Shown here: piece after piece, positions 47,901 through 57,947 of the stretch
How positions within the stretch are numbered: position 1 is the stretch's first letter
Layout: each line of letters opens with the position of its first letter
DNA from: a bacterium
Lineage (GTDB): Bacteria > Electryoneota > Electryoneia > Electryoneales > Electryoneaceae
Reading direction: 5' to 3'
DNA: 64,000 nt
Assembly (NCBI GenBank): GCA_963669175.1
Contig: OY769902.1
Span: 2,784,001-2,848,000, forward strand
Made by a program: the position numbers and the translations under genes
The notes under the pieces: generated by a model
Seen by the model: the letters and a program-made list of their open reading frames with translations, nothing else
What the model was told of the DNA's origin: nothing
Databases searched by the model: none

Positions 47901-48262
47901 CGCCCGATTTTGACCGTGGTTATATGGGCATGGGGAATGTCATGCTGCGCCGCAAGGAGTTCGGTTCAGCGCTGGATTATTTCCTTGAAGCGGCCCGTAT
48001 CGCCCCGGATCACCGTCCGGCTATCGTCGGCATGGTTGCCGCCGCAATGCAGGCAGGGCGTTTGGGGGAAGCCCAGTCGCCGATTGAAACCTATTTGCAG
48101 AGTCATCCGGATGATGTGGAAACCCGTTTCCATTTCGCGGCGATCCTGTTCAGTGAAAAAGATGTGGATCGGGCACGTGAAGAAGCGCAGAAAGTGCTCG
48201 AGCTGAACCCGGAGCACAAGGGCGCGATCCAGATGATGAATCACCTGAGCGCATTGACCTGA
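44966..48262 (+). CDS. Multidomain glycosyltransferase (helical N-terminus, degenerate GT2, GT2, TPR)
   Basis: VSIVIPHYN..IIVVDNGS..NEGFARAVNRG..LLNNDT, AVTAACMMV, EDVDFCLR; C-terminal TPR repeats. Confidence 0.9.
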   Translation: MADHRQLKQDVDELLKRVGTNGLITSGTNGKEDILSTALAIPTLAERGFVELAIKLVEKLSSRRDFEGGWDDPWTTLLATEGLIGLRLRGIPVHGLEEVIDQAIKALKNVGTLETSDRELRLARVLVLDGLSRRDARRIDSGLIRARAAVDQGINFDATKSDALHGLLSLVDLFLVTSDSATRELVDKRSDYMQLRHVESWSGEDTEVLARAGVVAEKLQLMEQAQKYYELASGQEAAELSTAALKHRVELGARLYGEALAQEKSETPAEEVVAAPESVEVPEAAPVVEPEAAIVEEEPVQAKQELPKPAAKTNTTSEDYSSFPAYHDPGDEIHRGVSVILLHGSDAQSLQTTLEALNRQTVLPVDVTIVHTGNYRLDTTCAFRFDVRQLVVDSLDTEGRKWNQAAGLSQGDWLWVLPEGLTPKAATIQAVLQSVENNTDAVFLEADEGERIQVMDAMAFEPVIGPEQIFIRRTSLKNGFNESMLANPIWPVLLTDLKDAAWVDCNMGNDVGFDGEVKVSLDGQLNTIHDFFRLSIMLDDSTEIVQRRGEKAQLYRRLAYEEYRRAGKPLVSIVIPHYNLPDMLEKCIDSIVDNTEQVSFEIIVVDNGSDNTSKELIDKLEGYGVLYLRNRKNEGFARAVNRGIREAHGEYVLLLNNDTEVRGGWLQAMMAAQQETGAEIVGARLHYPDGSVQHAGIVFDHEDIPSHIYAKGPSDLPMIYKRRYFQAVTAACMMVKRDVYLRLGGMDEGYRNGWEDVDFCLRARQQGFRIVYEPGAELVHYTEQTSGRKDHEEDNARRFLMTWGGRIEQDLQRYANLDGFDVEIRDGKSILKPNDKAQQAYTEFNASQLGINVNREKPVAAPAPYTPKPPKTEEENLSDLIARADLMIKEGNFEDAEETLKGGAHKVNGNVKQRALYWTLLGDARFRLERSDDALDCYKRAVNDDPSAQRAWVGIGTYHLVHDELEQAEDIFGKVVKLAPDFDRGYMGMGNVMLRRKEFGSALDYFLEAARIAPDHRPAIVGMVAAAMQAGRLGEAQSPIETYLQSHPDDVETRFHFAAILFSEKDVDRAREEAQKVLELNPEHKGAIQMMNHLSALT

Positions 48263-48273
48263 GGTGAGTAGTC

Positions 48274-49557
48274 ATGCGCCATGAACGTGTTACCATCGTT
48301 CAGCTTGCGCGGTTTGGCGATATCATTCAAACCTCGCCGCTGATTCAGAATCTGAAGCGCGAGGATGGGGTAGAGCGTGAGATCACACTCGCCGTCGATC
48401 ATCGAGCCGCTCCCGCGGCTCGTTTGCTGTACGGCGTTGATCATGTGATCGAGATAGACTTGTCGCACGCCGCCAATCTCGTTGCCGAAGGTGGAATACG
48501 TGCGTTTGCAGCGTTGAAGCAGTGGGTTTCGCAATGGTGCCCCCATGAACTGGCAGACCGGCTCATTCTGCTTAACCAGGGGGAGTTGACTTCGGCTATA
48601 GCCACCCTGATTCCGGCTGCTAAAAAGATCGGCCCATTTCTCCGTCGTCCGCTTCCCAAACCTCACCAGTACCTGAACCAGGCGATTCGAAACCGGAACA
48701 TGGCGCCCTTGCATCTGGCTGAAGTTTGGGCGGCTTATGGCCCTCCAATTCTTCCGCTTTTACCTCCTCTGCTAAAACCGGAAATACCCGGCACAGGGGT
48801 TGCATTACATAGTATGGAAGCAAGGCCAGATTCTTTGAAAACAACACGTTTCGTGGTAAACGTGGGGGCAGGCGGGCAGGAAAGAATGTTGCCTGCGGCA
48901 AAGCTTGCCGTACTGGTTTCACGGTTGCTTGAAAATGGCTCGACAGAAGTCGTCCTGACAGGTACGAGAGCCGATGAACCGGTCGGACGGGAACTGCTGG
49001 AAAAGTTGGAAGATCCGAGGCTGAAAGATCATGTTATCAACGTGATCGGTCAGACTTCGATCAGCGATTTACCGGGGGTTCTCAGAAGCGCCGATATGCT
49101 GATATCCAGCGATACCGGCACTCTTCAGCTTGCTGCGGCAATCGAGATGAAAACGCTCGGCCTGTTTTTCGGTGGTGCGAATCCTGTGGAAACCGGCGCT
49201 TACTGCAACGAGGCTGTCGCGCTTGTGGTACAGGGATCAACTTCGGGCACCGGTAGCGACAGTATTGATCCCGAACGTGTGGCGGACCTGGCCTGGTCAA
49301 TCGTGGAAAACACATGGCAGAACGGACGACATCATGACTCAACCTTCACTCTTATGGTGGCCCGACCTACATCTGTGGGTCCAGAGTACGTTTCAGCATC
49401 ACGCATCGAAACAGCCGATCCTGCAATGCAACGACGTCGCGCTGCGGCAAGGCGGTTCCTCTGGGGGATCGGGGAGAAGGAAGGGGCGTCCGGCGAAGAT
49501 CGCTACGATTCCCCAGATGGATTTCGGACAGAATTCAGCAGTGAATTGACACGTTGA
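48274..49557 (+). CDS. Glycosyltransferase family 9 (heptosyltransferase-like)
   Basis: QLARFGDIIQTSPLI, GQTS..L..ADMLISSDTGTLQLAAA. Confidence 0.88.
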   Translation: MRHERVTIVQLARFGDIIQTSPLIQNLKREDGVEREITLAVDHRAAPAARLLYGVDHVIEIDLSHAANLVAEGGIRAFAALKQWVSQWCPHELADRLILLNQGELTSAIATLIPAAKKIGPFLRRPLPKPHQYLNQAIRNRNMAPLHLAEVWAAYGPPILPLLPPLLKPEIPGTGVALHSMEARPDSLKTTRFVVNVGAGGQERMLPAAKLAVLVSRLLENGSTEVVLTGTRADEPVGRELLEKLEDPRLKDHVINVIGQTSISDLPGVLRSADMLISSDTGTLQLAAAIEMKTLGLFFGGANPVETGAYCNEAVALVVQGSTSGTGSDSIDPERVADLAWSIVENTWQNGRHHDSTFTLMVARPTSVGPEYVSASRIETADPAMQRRRAAARRFLWGIGEKEGASGEDRYDSPDGFRTEFSSELTR

Positions 49558-49584
49558 AACCAGAAGCGCAGCATTGGAGCGAAC

Positions 49585-49926
49585 ATGGCGACAGATAAAA
49601 CATTAAGAAACATGATGATGCACGAAGGTGTAAGCCGTGCGGCAGTCGGGGGACACCGTTGGACAGACGCAAACCAGTTCCCGGCAATCAGTGATAACGT
49701 GCGTGCTGTGCAATCAACTCCGTATGCCATTTTCGTTCACAATTCACCGATTTATCGGACCTGCAAACTCGTCGCCCCGAGGATTGGACGCCCAGCACGA
49801 CGGACAGCGCCACGACGTAAACGACTGCTTCCCTATCGGCCGGATGGATATCCATTCGCTAACGAACGGTGGAGCAGGAGATACCGGCGGGAGAATGCCA
49901 TTGCAGTAGAGGAGACGGACGGATGA
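49585..49926 (+). CDS. Small basic ORF, in frame with the upstream GT9 gene
   Basis: GGAG SD; its stop overlaps the next ATG (ATGA); no recognizable domain. Confidence 0.35.
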   Translation: MATDKTLRNMMMHEGVSRAAVGGHRWTDANQFPAISDNVRAVQSTPYAIFVHNSPIYRTCKLVAPRIGRPARRTAPRRKRLLPYRPDGYPFANERWSRRYRRENAIAVEETDG

Positions 49927-51536
49927 TGCGATTACTGCTTCTTAACGATCATTATTTCAATACGTTGCCCCCACCTTCGGGGGTTCACGTGTTCAGAGTC
50001 GGCAGCGGTGAAGGTCAGGATATTCAATTCAATCCTGATACGGATAACCTGGTTGAAGTGCTAGAAAAAGCAGAGTTTCAACCAGACGTCGCCTTGCAGG
50101 TGGATAGTATAGACGGTCGTTTCTTTGCCCCTGGGCTGGAACAACTGAATATCCCGCTGGCGTTCTACGCGATTGACGCGCCGATCAATTCGTTCTGGCA
50201 GCGCTGGTATTCGTATGGCTTTGACCGCGTTTTCGTCGATCAGCATGAAGAATGGCGGGCATGGCGTGATGACGGGATGAGCTGGGCGCGCTGGCTGCCT
50301 CTGGCGGCTGATCTGAATATCTATCATCACCCGGAGAATGGCGCGGAACGTGATCTGGATATCGTTTTCGTAGGCACGCTTGACAGTGCGCTGCGTCCTA
50401 AGCGTTCTGCAATTCTGCATCGTTTGCGGATGATCGCCAATGTTCACATGGTGGATGGCGGCGGCACCCGTAGTGAGACCGTGCAGAATGTGGCGAACCT
50501 GTATCGACGCGCCAGGATCGTTTTGAATGAAAACCTGTTTGATGGCATTAACCTGCGCACTTTCGAAGCGATGGCGTGCGGCGCTGTCGTACTCACGGAA
50601 AATGGGCGGGGACAGGATCGTTTGTTTAAGAATAACAAACACCTGGTCGGTTACACCAGTCAGAATCTTGAAGAAGTGGTTATCGGTCTGTTGAATACTC
50701 CGGACAAGATCAGTTCGATAAGCGCCGAGGCCGTTAAGATTATCCATGAAAAGCACACCCTTTCCCACCGCTTCCAGCAGGTCTTGAGCGATCTGTCTAC
50801 GCTGAAGATTCGCAGTGAACGACTTCAGAAAAGCTGTTTGTGGCGTCAAGATTGGGGATTGTGGCAGGCCATGTGGAAGTGGCCGGAAAACTGGCCCAAC
50901 CTGCGAAGGGGGATTGCCGAACGCCTGATGACGCAGATCAAGCGGCTGAGCGGTTTGGAACGCGCCTCTTTCCACGAAGGCGTTGGGGATCATGAAGCTG
51001 CGGTAAGGGCGCTGCTGGATACGCTGGAAATGCATCCTGGCAATCGGACGGCAATCGCCGGACTGGCCGCGCTTGCCATGTCTGCGAAAGACCATGTTAC
51101 TGTCCGCAAGATCCTAAGCGCCGATGAGGATTCCGACCCGGCGGATCTGCATGTGAAAATCGGACGACTTCTGGAAGAAGAGGGCAGGCTGTTTACCCCG
51201 GGATTTAATCGTCAGGCATCGCCGATAACCGGTTGGTCCGCGTTTGAACATTATCACCGCGCATGGCGCTTGAATGAGGATCATCTACCTGCGTTGGAAG
51301 GGCTGGACCGTATCCTCGCCAGTCAGAAAGCTTCCGAGTTCACCTGGGGTATGTGGCAGCGTTACCACGCCCGCCATCCAAAGGCGCATGAAGTGGAGAA
51401 AATCCTGCAAAGCCGTGCGGTGGATGGATTTTTGATGAGCGGACGACCAGGCATGGTTACAGCAACAGTGCGTGAAGACCCACAGGTATCCCGTTGGAGT
51501 ATACCCAGTAAGCAAGGCGAAAGGGTACCGGGATGA
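49923..51536 (+). CDS. CgeB/Glyco_trans_1_2-type glycosyltransferase with TPR-like C-terminus
   Basis: WLPLAAD, DIVFVGT, RIVLNE..INLRTFEAMACGA, HTLSHR. Confidence 0.85.
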   Translation: MMRLLLLNDHYFNTLPPPSGVHVFRVGSGEGQDIQFNPDTDNLVEVLEKAEFQPDVALQVDSIDGRFFAPGLEQLNIPLAFYAIDAPINSFWQRWYSYGFDRVFVDQHEEWRAWRDDGMSWARWLPLAADLNIYHHPENGAERDLDIVFVGTLDSALRPKRSAILHRLRMIANVHMVDGGGTRSETVQNVANLYRRARIVLNENLFDGINLRTFEAMACGAVVLTENGRGQDRLFKNNKHLVGYTSQNLEEVVIGLLNTPDKISSISAEAVKIIHEKHTLSHRFQQVLSDLSTLKIRSERLQKSCLWRQDWGLWQAMWKWPENWPNLRRGIAERLMTQIKRLSGLERASFHEGVGDHEAAVRALLDTLEMHPGNRTAIAGLAALAMSAKDHVTVRKILSADEDSDPADLHVKIGRLLEEEGRLFTPGFNRQASPITGWSAFEHYHRAWRLNEDHLPALEGLDRILASQKASEFTWGMWQRYHARHPKAHEVEKILQSRAVDGFLMSGRPGMVTATVREDPQVSRWSIPSKQGERVPG

Positions 51537-53368
51537 GCAACGAATTCTTTGCCGGAAATATGACCGCGCTGAGCGGTCAACCCGAAGCGAACACATTGCG
51601 GCAAATGGCGCAGATGAGCGCGCCCGGCTGCACGGTGGAGCCTTCTCGTGCAGGTGGCCCGACCCTTTCGGTCAATGGTCACACTGTTCACAGCAAGTAT
51701 GCTCCCGAACGTGAAGCAGAGGGATTGGCAAAGAAACTGTTGGGTGACGGACCAAAGCCTGCCGGAATTCTGTTGCTTGGTTTGGGGCTGGGGTATTTGC
51801 CCGAGGCGCTCCTGAAACTGGCGCCAGATAGCAAGCTGATCGTGGTTGAGCCGGAATCCCAGATTTTCGCTTCTGCCATGCAGGCGCGAGATCAAAGGGA
51901 GTTGCTGGAAAGGGCAACCATTCTTGTAGCGTCATCAATCGAAGAGCTGGAAAAGCAGGCGTCCATTCAACTGGCGGCCTGCCGGGGGAAAGTATCCTGT
52001 ATCGTTTCGCCTTCAGCACGCAGTTATGCACCTGACGCGGTTGTACACCTTGAAAAAAGCTTCAACCGTAGAACCCGGTTGCAAGGCCGAAAGCTGCGGT
52101 TGCTGGTTGTTGGTCCGCTTTATGGCGGCAGTCTGCCCGTTACCTATAGCGCGGTAAACGCACTTCGAAAACTTGGTCACAAAGTTGAACTGCTGGATAA
52201 CAGCATCTATAATCAGGCTCGAGTACAGCTTGAAGATATAACACGTAATCCAGATCATAAAAATCAATTACAGGGGCTGTTCACGACCCTGATGGCGGAA
52301 ACAGTCACGGCGAAAGCCATGGACATGCGTGCCCAGATTGTTCTCTTTATGGCGCAGGCTCCGGCGACACCGGATGTGCTGAACGAACTAAGAAACGCCG
52401 GTATCCCAACCGCATTCTGGTTCGTTGAGGATGGCCGCTTGATGCAATATGGCCTGCGAGTCGCTCCGTGGTATGATGTTTTCTTCCATATCCAGAAAGG
52501 ACCGTTCGAACAGGAACTGAAGGCGGCTGGAGCGCGTCATGTGCATTACCTGCCGATGGCGGCTGATCCAGATATTCATATGCCGCTCGAGCTGGATGCG
52601 GAAGATCAGAATCGTTATGGCAGCGATATCAGCCATATGGGGGCGGGTTATTACAACCGTCGTCATTTTTTCCTCGGATTGCTGGACTATAATTTCAAGC
52701 TGTGGGGTAATGAGTGGGATGGAAGTGGCGGACTGGCACGTGTGCTGCAGGATGAAGGCAGACGTGTCAGCACGGAAGAAGTGGTCAAGATCTTCAATGC
52801 GACAAAGGTCAATATCAATCTTCATTCTTCCACCTATACCCAGGGTGTGAATCCCAACGGGGACTTCGTTAATCCACGGACATTTGAGCTGGCAGCCTGT
52901 GGCGCATTCCAACTGGTTGATGAACGGTCACTGCTTCCCGAATTGCTCGAACCGGGCAAGGAAGTTGTTACGTTTACAGATCTTAGCAGTTGCCGTGATG
53001 CCATAGATTATTACCTTGCGCATCCTGAAGAAGCGAAACAAATTGCCGAAGCCGCACGCAAGCGTGTGCTGGCCGAGCATACCTATGTCCACCGCATGCA
53101 GGAAATGCTGGAAGTCATCCTTGAACTTCATGAACCGGCTTTTCAGGAATCCCCGAAAAATACTGTTGAATCACTGGTGGAAGAAGCGGGCGATGATGCC
53201 GAGTTGGCAAACTTCTTCAGGAAGATGGGTGAACCGGAAGAAGAGCTTACGCTTGAAGGGATTGCGGATAAAATCATGCACGATGAAGGTGATTTGAATG
53301 AAACGGAAGCTGTATTTCTGTTGATGAACGAATTCTACCAGTGGGCGAAGGAAAAAGGGGTAGCATGA
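51533..53368 (+). CDS. Maf-like N-terminal domain + CgeB/DUF3880-type glycosyltransferase
   Basis: HSKYAPEREA..LLGLGLGY..VVEP (Maf-type N-terminus); YLPMAADP, KVNINLHSS, NPRTFELAACGAFQ, HTYVHRM. Confidence 0.85.
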   Translation: MSNEFFAGNMTALSGQPEANTLRQMAQMSAPGCTVEPSRAGGPTLSVNGHTVHSKYAPEREAEGLAKKLLGDGPKPAGILLLGLGLGYLPEALLKLAPDSKLIVVEPESQIFASAMQARDQRELLERATILVASSIEELEKQASIQLAACRGKVSCIVSPSARSYAPDAVVHLEKSFNRRTRLQGRKLRLLVVGPLYGGSLPVTYSAVNALRKLGHKVELLDNSIYNQARVQLEDITRNPDHKNQLQGLFTTLMAETVTAKAMDMRAQIVLFMAQAPATPDVLNELRNAGIPTAFWFVEDGRLMQYGLRVAPWYDVFFHIQKGPFEQELKAAGARHVHYLPMAADPDIHMPLELDAEDQNRYGSDISHMGAGYYNRRHFFLGLLDYNFKLWGNEWDGSGGLARVLQDEGRRVSTEEVVKIFNATKVNINLHSSTYTQGVNPNGDFVNPRTFELAACGAFQLVDERSLLPELLEPGKEVVTFTDLSSCRDAIDYYLAHPEEAKQIAEAARKRVLAEHTYVHRMQEMLEVILELHEPAFQESPKNTVESLVEEAGDDAELANFFRKMGEPEEELTLEGIADKIMHDEGDLNETEAVFLLMNEFYQWAKEKGVA

Positions 53369-54939
53369 AGGCTTTGCTGATCAACCTCTCCCGCATGGGA
53401 GACCTGGTACAGATGACAACTGCTGCCAAGGGGCTAAAGGCCCAGCATGGCGCGGAGGTCTCTGTACTGGTCTATGCCGATCTTGCCGCATTTGCGCGAG
53501 GATTGGCAGGGGTGGATCACGTTGTTCCTTTTCATGATGAAGTGTTGGTCAGTGTATTGCGGAATCAGGCTGAAGTCTCTGTATCACAAAGCTTTCGTGT
53601 CTGGGAACAGATGATCGAAGCTGTTAATTCCACGGACTATGATCTCGTTTGTAACCTGACTCATAACGACTTCTCTGCACTGTTGATGCGAAGTATAACC
53701 GGAAAGAAAAAGCTGGGACATATCGCGGACAAACGTGGTATGCAGCATGTTTCCGGTTCCTGGATGCGGTATTTTTTCGCAGCAGTTTCTTCACGCAAGT
53801 TGAATCCCTTTAACCTCGCGGATATTCACCGTCGCGCATGTGGAGTCACTCAATCCGCCGGAACCGTTGAATATGATTTGGGCCGTGTTGATAGGGACGC
53901 GCAAATCCGTGCTCAACAGCTTTTACAGGGATTGCCGCGACCGATTGTGGCGATTCAACCCGGTGCGAATGTTGAACAGAGACGCTGGCCTGCGGAGTAT
54001 TTCGGTGAACTTGCTGCCAGGCTTGCGCAACAGGGGATAGCACCGGTAATCCTCGGTGGCCCGAAAGAGAAAGAGCTTGCGGATAAGGTTGTCGGTTTTG
54101 CCGGTGAAAACCTGCTGAATCTCGCTGGCGCTACTGATCTGTTCACCTTTTCCGGTTTGTTGAAGGAAGTTGATCTTCTGATCGCCAACGATTCCGGGCC
54201 GTCACATCTGGCTACAGCGTCAGGAACACCCGTTGTTTCCATTTCTCTTGCTATGGTTCGTCCGGAAGACACGTCACCACTGGCGCCGGGGCAGTTTGTA
54301 CTGGAAACTCTGCACCCGAACCATCCCTGCCCGGAAACGAATCCCTGCCCGGTCTGTGATTGCGGACGTGAAGTTCCTGTGGATGCCGTTCTGGAAACAA
54401 GCCTGGCCGTATTGGAGAGACGTGAACCGGACTTGAACAGGATTATATCACTGCCCGGGAAATTCCGTTTACGAAAAACAGATGTGGATGAATGGGGTGA
54501 TCAGGTAGTTCAAACCCTGTTCACGTCAAAGGAAGTACAACCTCCGACGTTTGATGATCGTGCATTTCGAGTGTTCTGGCATGCCATACTGGATGAAAAT
54601 ACGGCAGTACAAGTGATTCCTGCTTCAGGACTTACGCTTTCTGAACGTGAGACGGCAATCAAAACTGCCATGTTGTTGGATGAGTTGGCACGGCTGTTCC
54701 GACAGGAGAACGATCAGCCATTAGGTGAACTGATCCGTGAGACGGAAAAACTGTTGACCGGTATCGAGCAGGGATCGGAACGGTTACAGGGAGTATTGCT
54801 GACCTGCCGCCTGGAAAGAGAAGAATTGTACGCATGCGGACGCGGCGCATTGCTGAATGAGGGTGTGAAGCGGTTCGAAACCTGGTCACAAGGCTTGAAC
54901 AGTCTTGCCGGACGCAATGCTGCGGAGGTCGCAGCATGA
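53365..54939 (+). CDS. Glycosyltransferase family 9 with Cys-rich motif
   Basis: INLSRMGDLVQ, QPGA..RRWP, LAGATDL, ANDSGPSHLA, HPCPETNPCPVCDC. Confidence 0.88.
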   Translation: MKALLINLSRMGDLVQMTTAAKGLKAQHGAEVSVLVYADLAAFARGLAGVDHVVPFHDEVLVSVLRNQAEVSVSQSFRVWEQMIEAVNSTDYDLVCNLTHNDFSALLMRSITGKKKLGHIADKRGMQHVSGSWMRYFFAAVSSRKLNPFNLADIHRRACGVTQSAGTVEYDLGRVDRDAQIRAQQLLQGLPRPIVAIQPGANVEQRRWPAEYFGELAARLAQQGIAPVILGGPKEKELADKVVGFAGENLLNLAGATDLFTFSGLLKEVDLLIANDSGPSHLATASGTPVVSISLAMVRPEDTSPLAPGQFVLETLHPNHPCPETNPCPVCDCGREVPVDAVLETSLAVLERREPDLNRIISLPGKFRLRKTDVDEWGDQVVQTLFTSKEVQPPTFDDRAFRVFWHAILDENTAVQVIPASGLTLSERETAIKTAMLLDELARLFRQENDQPLGELIRETEKLLTGIEQGSERLQGVLLTCRLEREELYACGRGALLNEGVKRFETWSQGLNSLAGRNAAEVAA

Positions 54940-57900
54940 GCGCCAAGACCGGAAAGATCGCCGTCATCAACCTGACCCGCATGGGCGACCTGCTCATGAC
55001 CGGGCCATTACTGGACAGCCTGCGTGAACAACACCCGGATCATGAGATCCACCTCATCGCCACAACCGGCTATATGAATGTTGCGGCAGGAATGGGGTGG
55101 GATCAGGTTATCCCGTTTGATTTTAATGTGTTGACTACGTTGTCGGTAGAGGCGGCTAAAAATTCTGACCGGATTCCGTTGTTGCCGATTATGCGTGATT
55201 TCAAAAAGATGCTGGCTCCTTTGCTGACAATCCCTTATGACGCGATTTACAACGTGAGCCATACGGATGTCAGCTCGGTCCTGAGCTGGCTGATGAATGG
55301 CCCGGTAAAGGGTGGCGTAACCCTTGATGCACGTGGCTATCGCAGCATCCCGAATATCTGGGCTCGGTATTTCTTCGCCGGGAATCTGAATCGTCACCTG
55401 AATCCTTTCCACCTGGTTGACGTCATGGTCGGCACGGGGGATGGAGTCGGAAGCAGAACTCGTCGCAGTGAAATGAGATACACGGTTCCTCCTGAAGCAG
55501 AATCATCATTCCGACAGATGGAATCGGAACTTGGGCTGGACAATGAAAAAGGGCCGAGGATTGTCATTCAGTGCGGCGCTTCCGAAAACAACAAGCGTTG
55601 GGAACCGGAGAAATTCGGGAAGGTTGGAAGAAAGCTGCGTGACGCCACAGGCGCACACATTCTTTATGTCGGGACAGAGAGCGAACTTCCTTTTATACGC
55701 ACTGCTTCACAGGCAACTGGTGAAGGGGCATACATCCTCGCCGGGAAAACCGACATCCCAACACTTGCAGCCTGGTTGCAAAGCTCGGATCTGCTCATCA
55801 GCAATGATACCGGGACCATGCACCTGGCTCAATCAGTCGGGACGAAAAGTCTTGTGATCACACTGGCTTCGGCGCTTTCGGATGAAACCGGCCCTTATGG
55901 GGAAGGCAACCTGATTGTCGAACCGAATGTATCCTGCTTCCCGTGCAGTTTCCATGTGGTATGTCCGCATCTGGATTGTCATTCCGCGATAACAGTACCG
56001 GATATCAGTCGTCTGGCGTTGAATATGTTGCAGGGCAAAGTAAAGAACAGGTATGAACAGGGTGATCTTTCCCAGGGACTGGTTCTCTGGCAGAGTGGAT
56101 TTGATCAGGATGGCTGGTGGAAAAAGCAGCCACTGACACAGCTCCCGATAACACGTGACCGTGTGGCTCGTGAAATCTTCCGTGAGTTATGGAAAGCACG
56201 CTTTGAACCGGAACTGCGTCCGAATGGTTACCACGCTACACACCTTGCCGCCTATCTCAAAGCCAGTTTCGGCAGTTGTCCGGCTGAGATTGAGCGTCGA
56301 TTCCGAGAGAAAGATATCCCGGTAGTACGGGCCATTGCGGAACATGCACGAGTAGGGCAGGGGCTGGCGGCCGAGTTGCAGGAATTGGTATCAGAACCGG
56401 AAAAGCAATATCAGCGGATTCAACACGTTGGCAAATCATTGGCCAATCTGGATCATAAGCTGGAAGAAATGCTGATCACCAACGAACTGTGGCGTCCCCT
56501 GATGCTGCTGTTCCATTTCGAAGCGGGCAACCTGACCCATGGTGATCTGAAGAAGCAGACGGAAGAGACAGAATACATTTATCAGCACCTGGAAATGAAT
56601 GCCGATTCCGTTGCGAATTTGCTGGAAGAAGTCCTCACGCATTGGGACAATGTTTCGGAAACACATTCAGGAAACGGAAAGTCATTGCTTGAACATGAAA
56701 AACCTTTCGTGGTCAAGTCTTTAAACGGTAAACAGCGTCAGGATAACGGATTCAGTGCGTTGCAGCGACCACGCATGCGTGGGGATCGCCTGCATATCCT
56801 TTTCCCACGTGAAACCTATTTCATCCAGCAGGAAATGATCGATGCGTTCCGAAGATTGGGACACAAGGTCACAGAATTGCGCTACAACGATAACCCGAAC
56901 TTCATCCATGAGCTGCTTCATGCCAGCCTGGATGCGGATTTGCTGGTAACGATCAATCATTTAAGTTTCGACAAGTACGGTGAATTGGCGAACCTGCTGG
57001 CTAAAATCGGATTGCCCTATGTATCCTGGTTTGTGGATCGTCCCGGTTTCATCCTGTTGGACCACGAAACAGGACCGAATGACCTGGCTTTCCTGAAAAC
57101 ATGGGAACGATCCACCATTCATGAGATCGAATCCTATGGTTTCACCGATGTAGAATTCCTGCCGTTGGCGACTGACCCGGAACGCTTTTATCCCGGTGTT
57201 GATGAAGGAACAGGCAAGCTGAGATGGGTTGCCAATTCAATGCTCCGACCCGCTGAGGAATGGCGAATCAAAGCCGGAATACCAGTTGCGCCGGAAAAAC
57301 TGTACGAAAAAGCAATTGATATACAGATCTCTGGTAGAATTGAAGGACTGGCCGCGCTTGAAATCGCTGCAAATACCATTGGCGATAACATCTCGGGCTG
57401 GAATGCCGGAAAAAGGTTGACATGGGCGTCCGCTGTAGCATTGGGATCGACATTACGAGCAAGACGGCAGATAGCAAAAGAATGTACCGGGCTGGACCTG
57501 GTTCTGTATGGTGACGAGGGCTGGAAAGCGCTTACGCCGAAGACGGCATATAACGGACCTGTGCCGTATCCGGATGGCCTTCCCGGAATTTACCGGGGCG
57601 GAATTCACTTGAATGTCACCAGTTACCAGATGCCTACTGGTGTGAATCAACGTGTTTTTGATATCCCGGCAGCAGGTGGAATCCTGTTGACAGATGACCA
57701 GGAGGATTTGGGAGATCTGTTCGATCATGACCGTGAATGTCTGACCTTTGATCATCCCGAAGAAGCGGCCAACAAAGCTGCCTACCTGTTGCAGCATCAG
57801 GATTACGGCCGGAAAATCAGCGCCCGGGCACGAGAACGAATTCTTAAAGAACATACATACGACCGTAGAGCACAGAACATTATCTCCACGGTTCGGAAGA

Positions 57901-57947
57901 GAGTAGGGCGGCCTTTGGTCAGCCTGCAAGGAGGTGAAGCATGTTAA
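54936..57947 (+). CDS. GT9 + CgeB/Glyco_trans_1_2 fusion glycosyltransferase
   Basis: NLTRMGDL, LAGKTD..ISNDTGTMHLA, CFPC..C..C; second half FLPLATDP, VNQRVFDIPAAGG, EHTYDRRA. Confidence 0.88.
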   Translation: MSAKTGKIAVINLTRMGDLLMTGPLLDSLREQHPDHEIHLIATTGYMNVAAGMGWDQVIPFDFNVLTTLSVEAAKNSDRIPLLPIMRDFKKMLAPLLTIPYDAIYNVSHTDVSSVLSWLMNGPVKGGVTLDARGYRSIPNIWARYFFAGNLNRHLNPFHLVDVMVGTGDGVGSRTRRSEMRYTVPPEAESSFRQMESELGLDNEKGPRIVIQCGASENNKRWEPEKFGKVGRKLRDATGAHILYVGTESELPFIRTASQATGEGAYILAGKTDIPTLAAWLQSSDLLISNDTGTMHLAQSVGTKSLVITLASALSDETGPYGEGNLIVEPNVSCFPCSFHVVCPHLDCHSAITVPDISRLALNMLQGKVKNRYEQGDLSQGLVLWQSGFDQDGWWKKQPLTQLPITRDRVAREIFRELWKARFEPELRPNGYHATHLAAYLKASFGSCPAEIERRFREKDIPVVRAIAEHARVGQGLAAELQELVSEPEKQYQRIQHVGKSLANLDHKLEEMLITNELWRPLMLLFHFEAGNLTHGDLKKQTEETEYIYQHLEMNADSVANLLEEVLTHWDNVSETHSGNGKSLLEHEKPFVVKSLNGKQRQDNGFSALQRPRMRGDRLHILFPRETYFIQQEMIDAFRRLGHKVTELRYNDNPNFIHELLHASLDADLLVTINHLSFDKYGELANLLAKIGLPYVSWFVDRPGFILLDHETGPNDLAFLKTWERSTIHEIESYGFTDVEFLPLATDPERFYPGVDEGTGKLRWVANSMLRPAEEWRIKAGIPVAPEKLYEKAIDIQISGRIEGLAALEIAANTIGDNISGWNAGKRLTWASAVALGSTLRARRQIAKECTGLDLVLYGDEGWKALTPKTAYNGPVPYPDGLPGIYRGGIHLNVTSYQMPTGVNQRVFDIPAAGGILLTDDQEDLGDLFDHDRECLTFDHPEEAANKAAYLLQHQDYGRKISARARERILKEHTYDRRAQNIISTVRKRVGRPLVSLQGGEAC

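Noticed and set aside
49555-49557. Selenocysteine recoding of the GT9 TGA
   Set aside because: No convincing SECIS-like hairpin immediately downstream and no catalytic Cys-equivalent context
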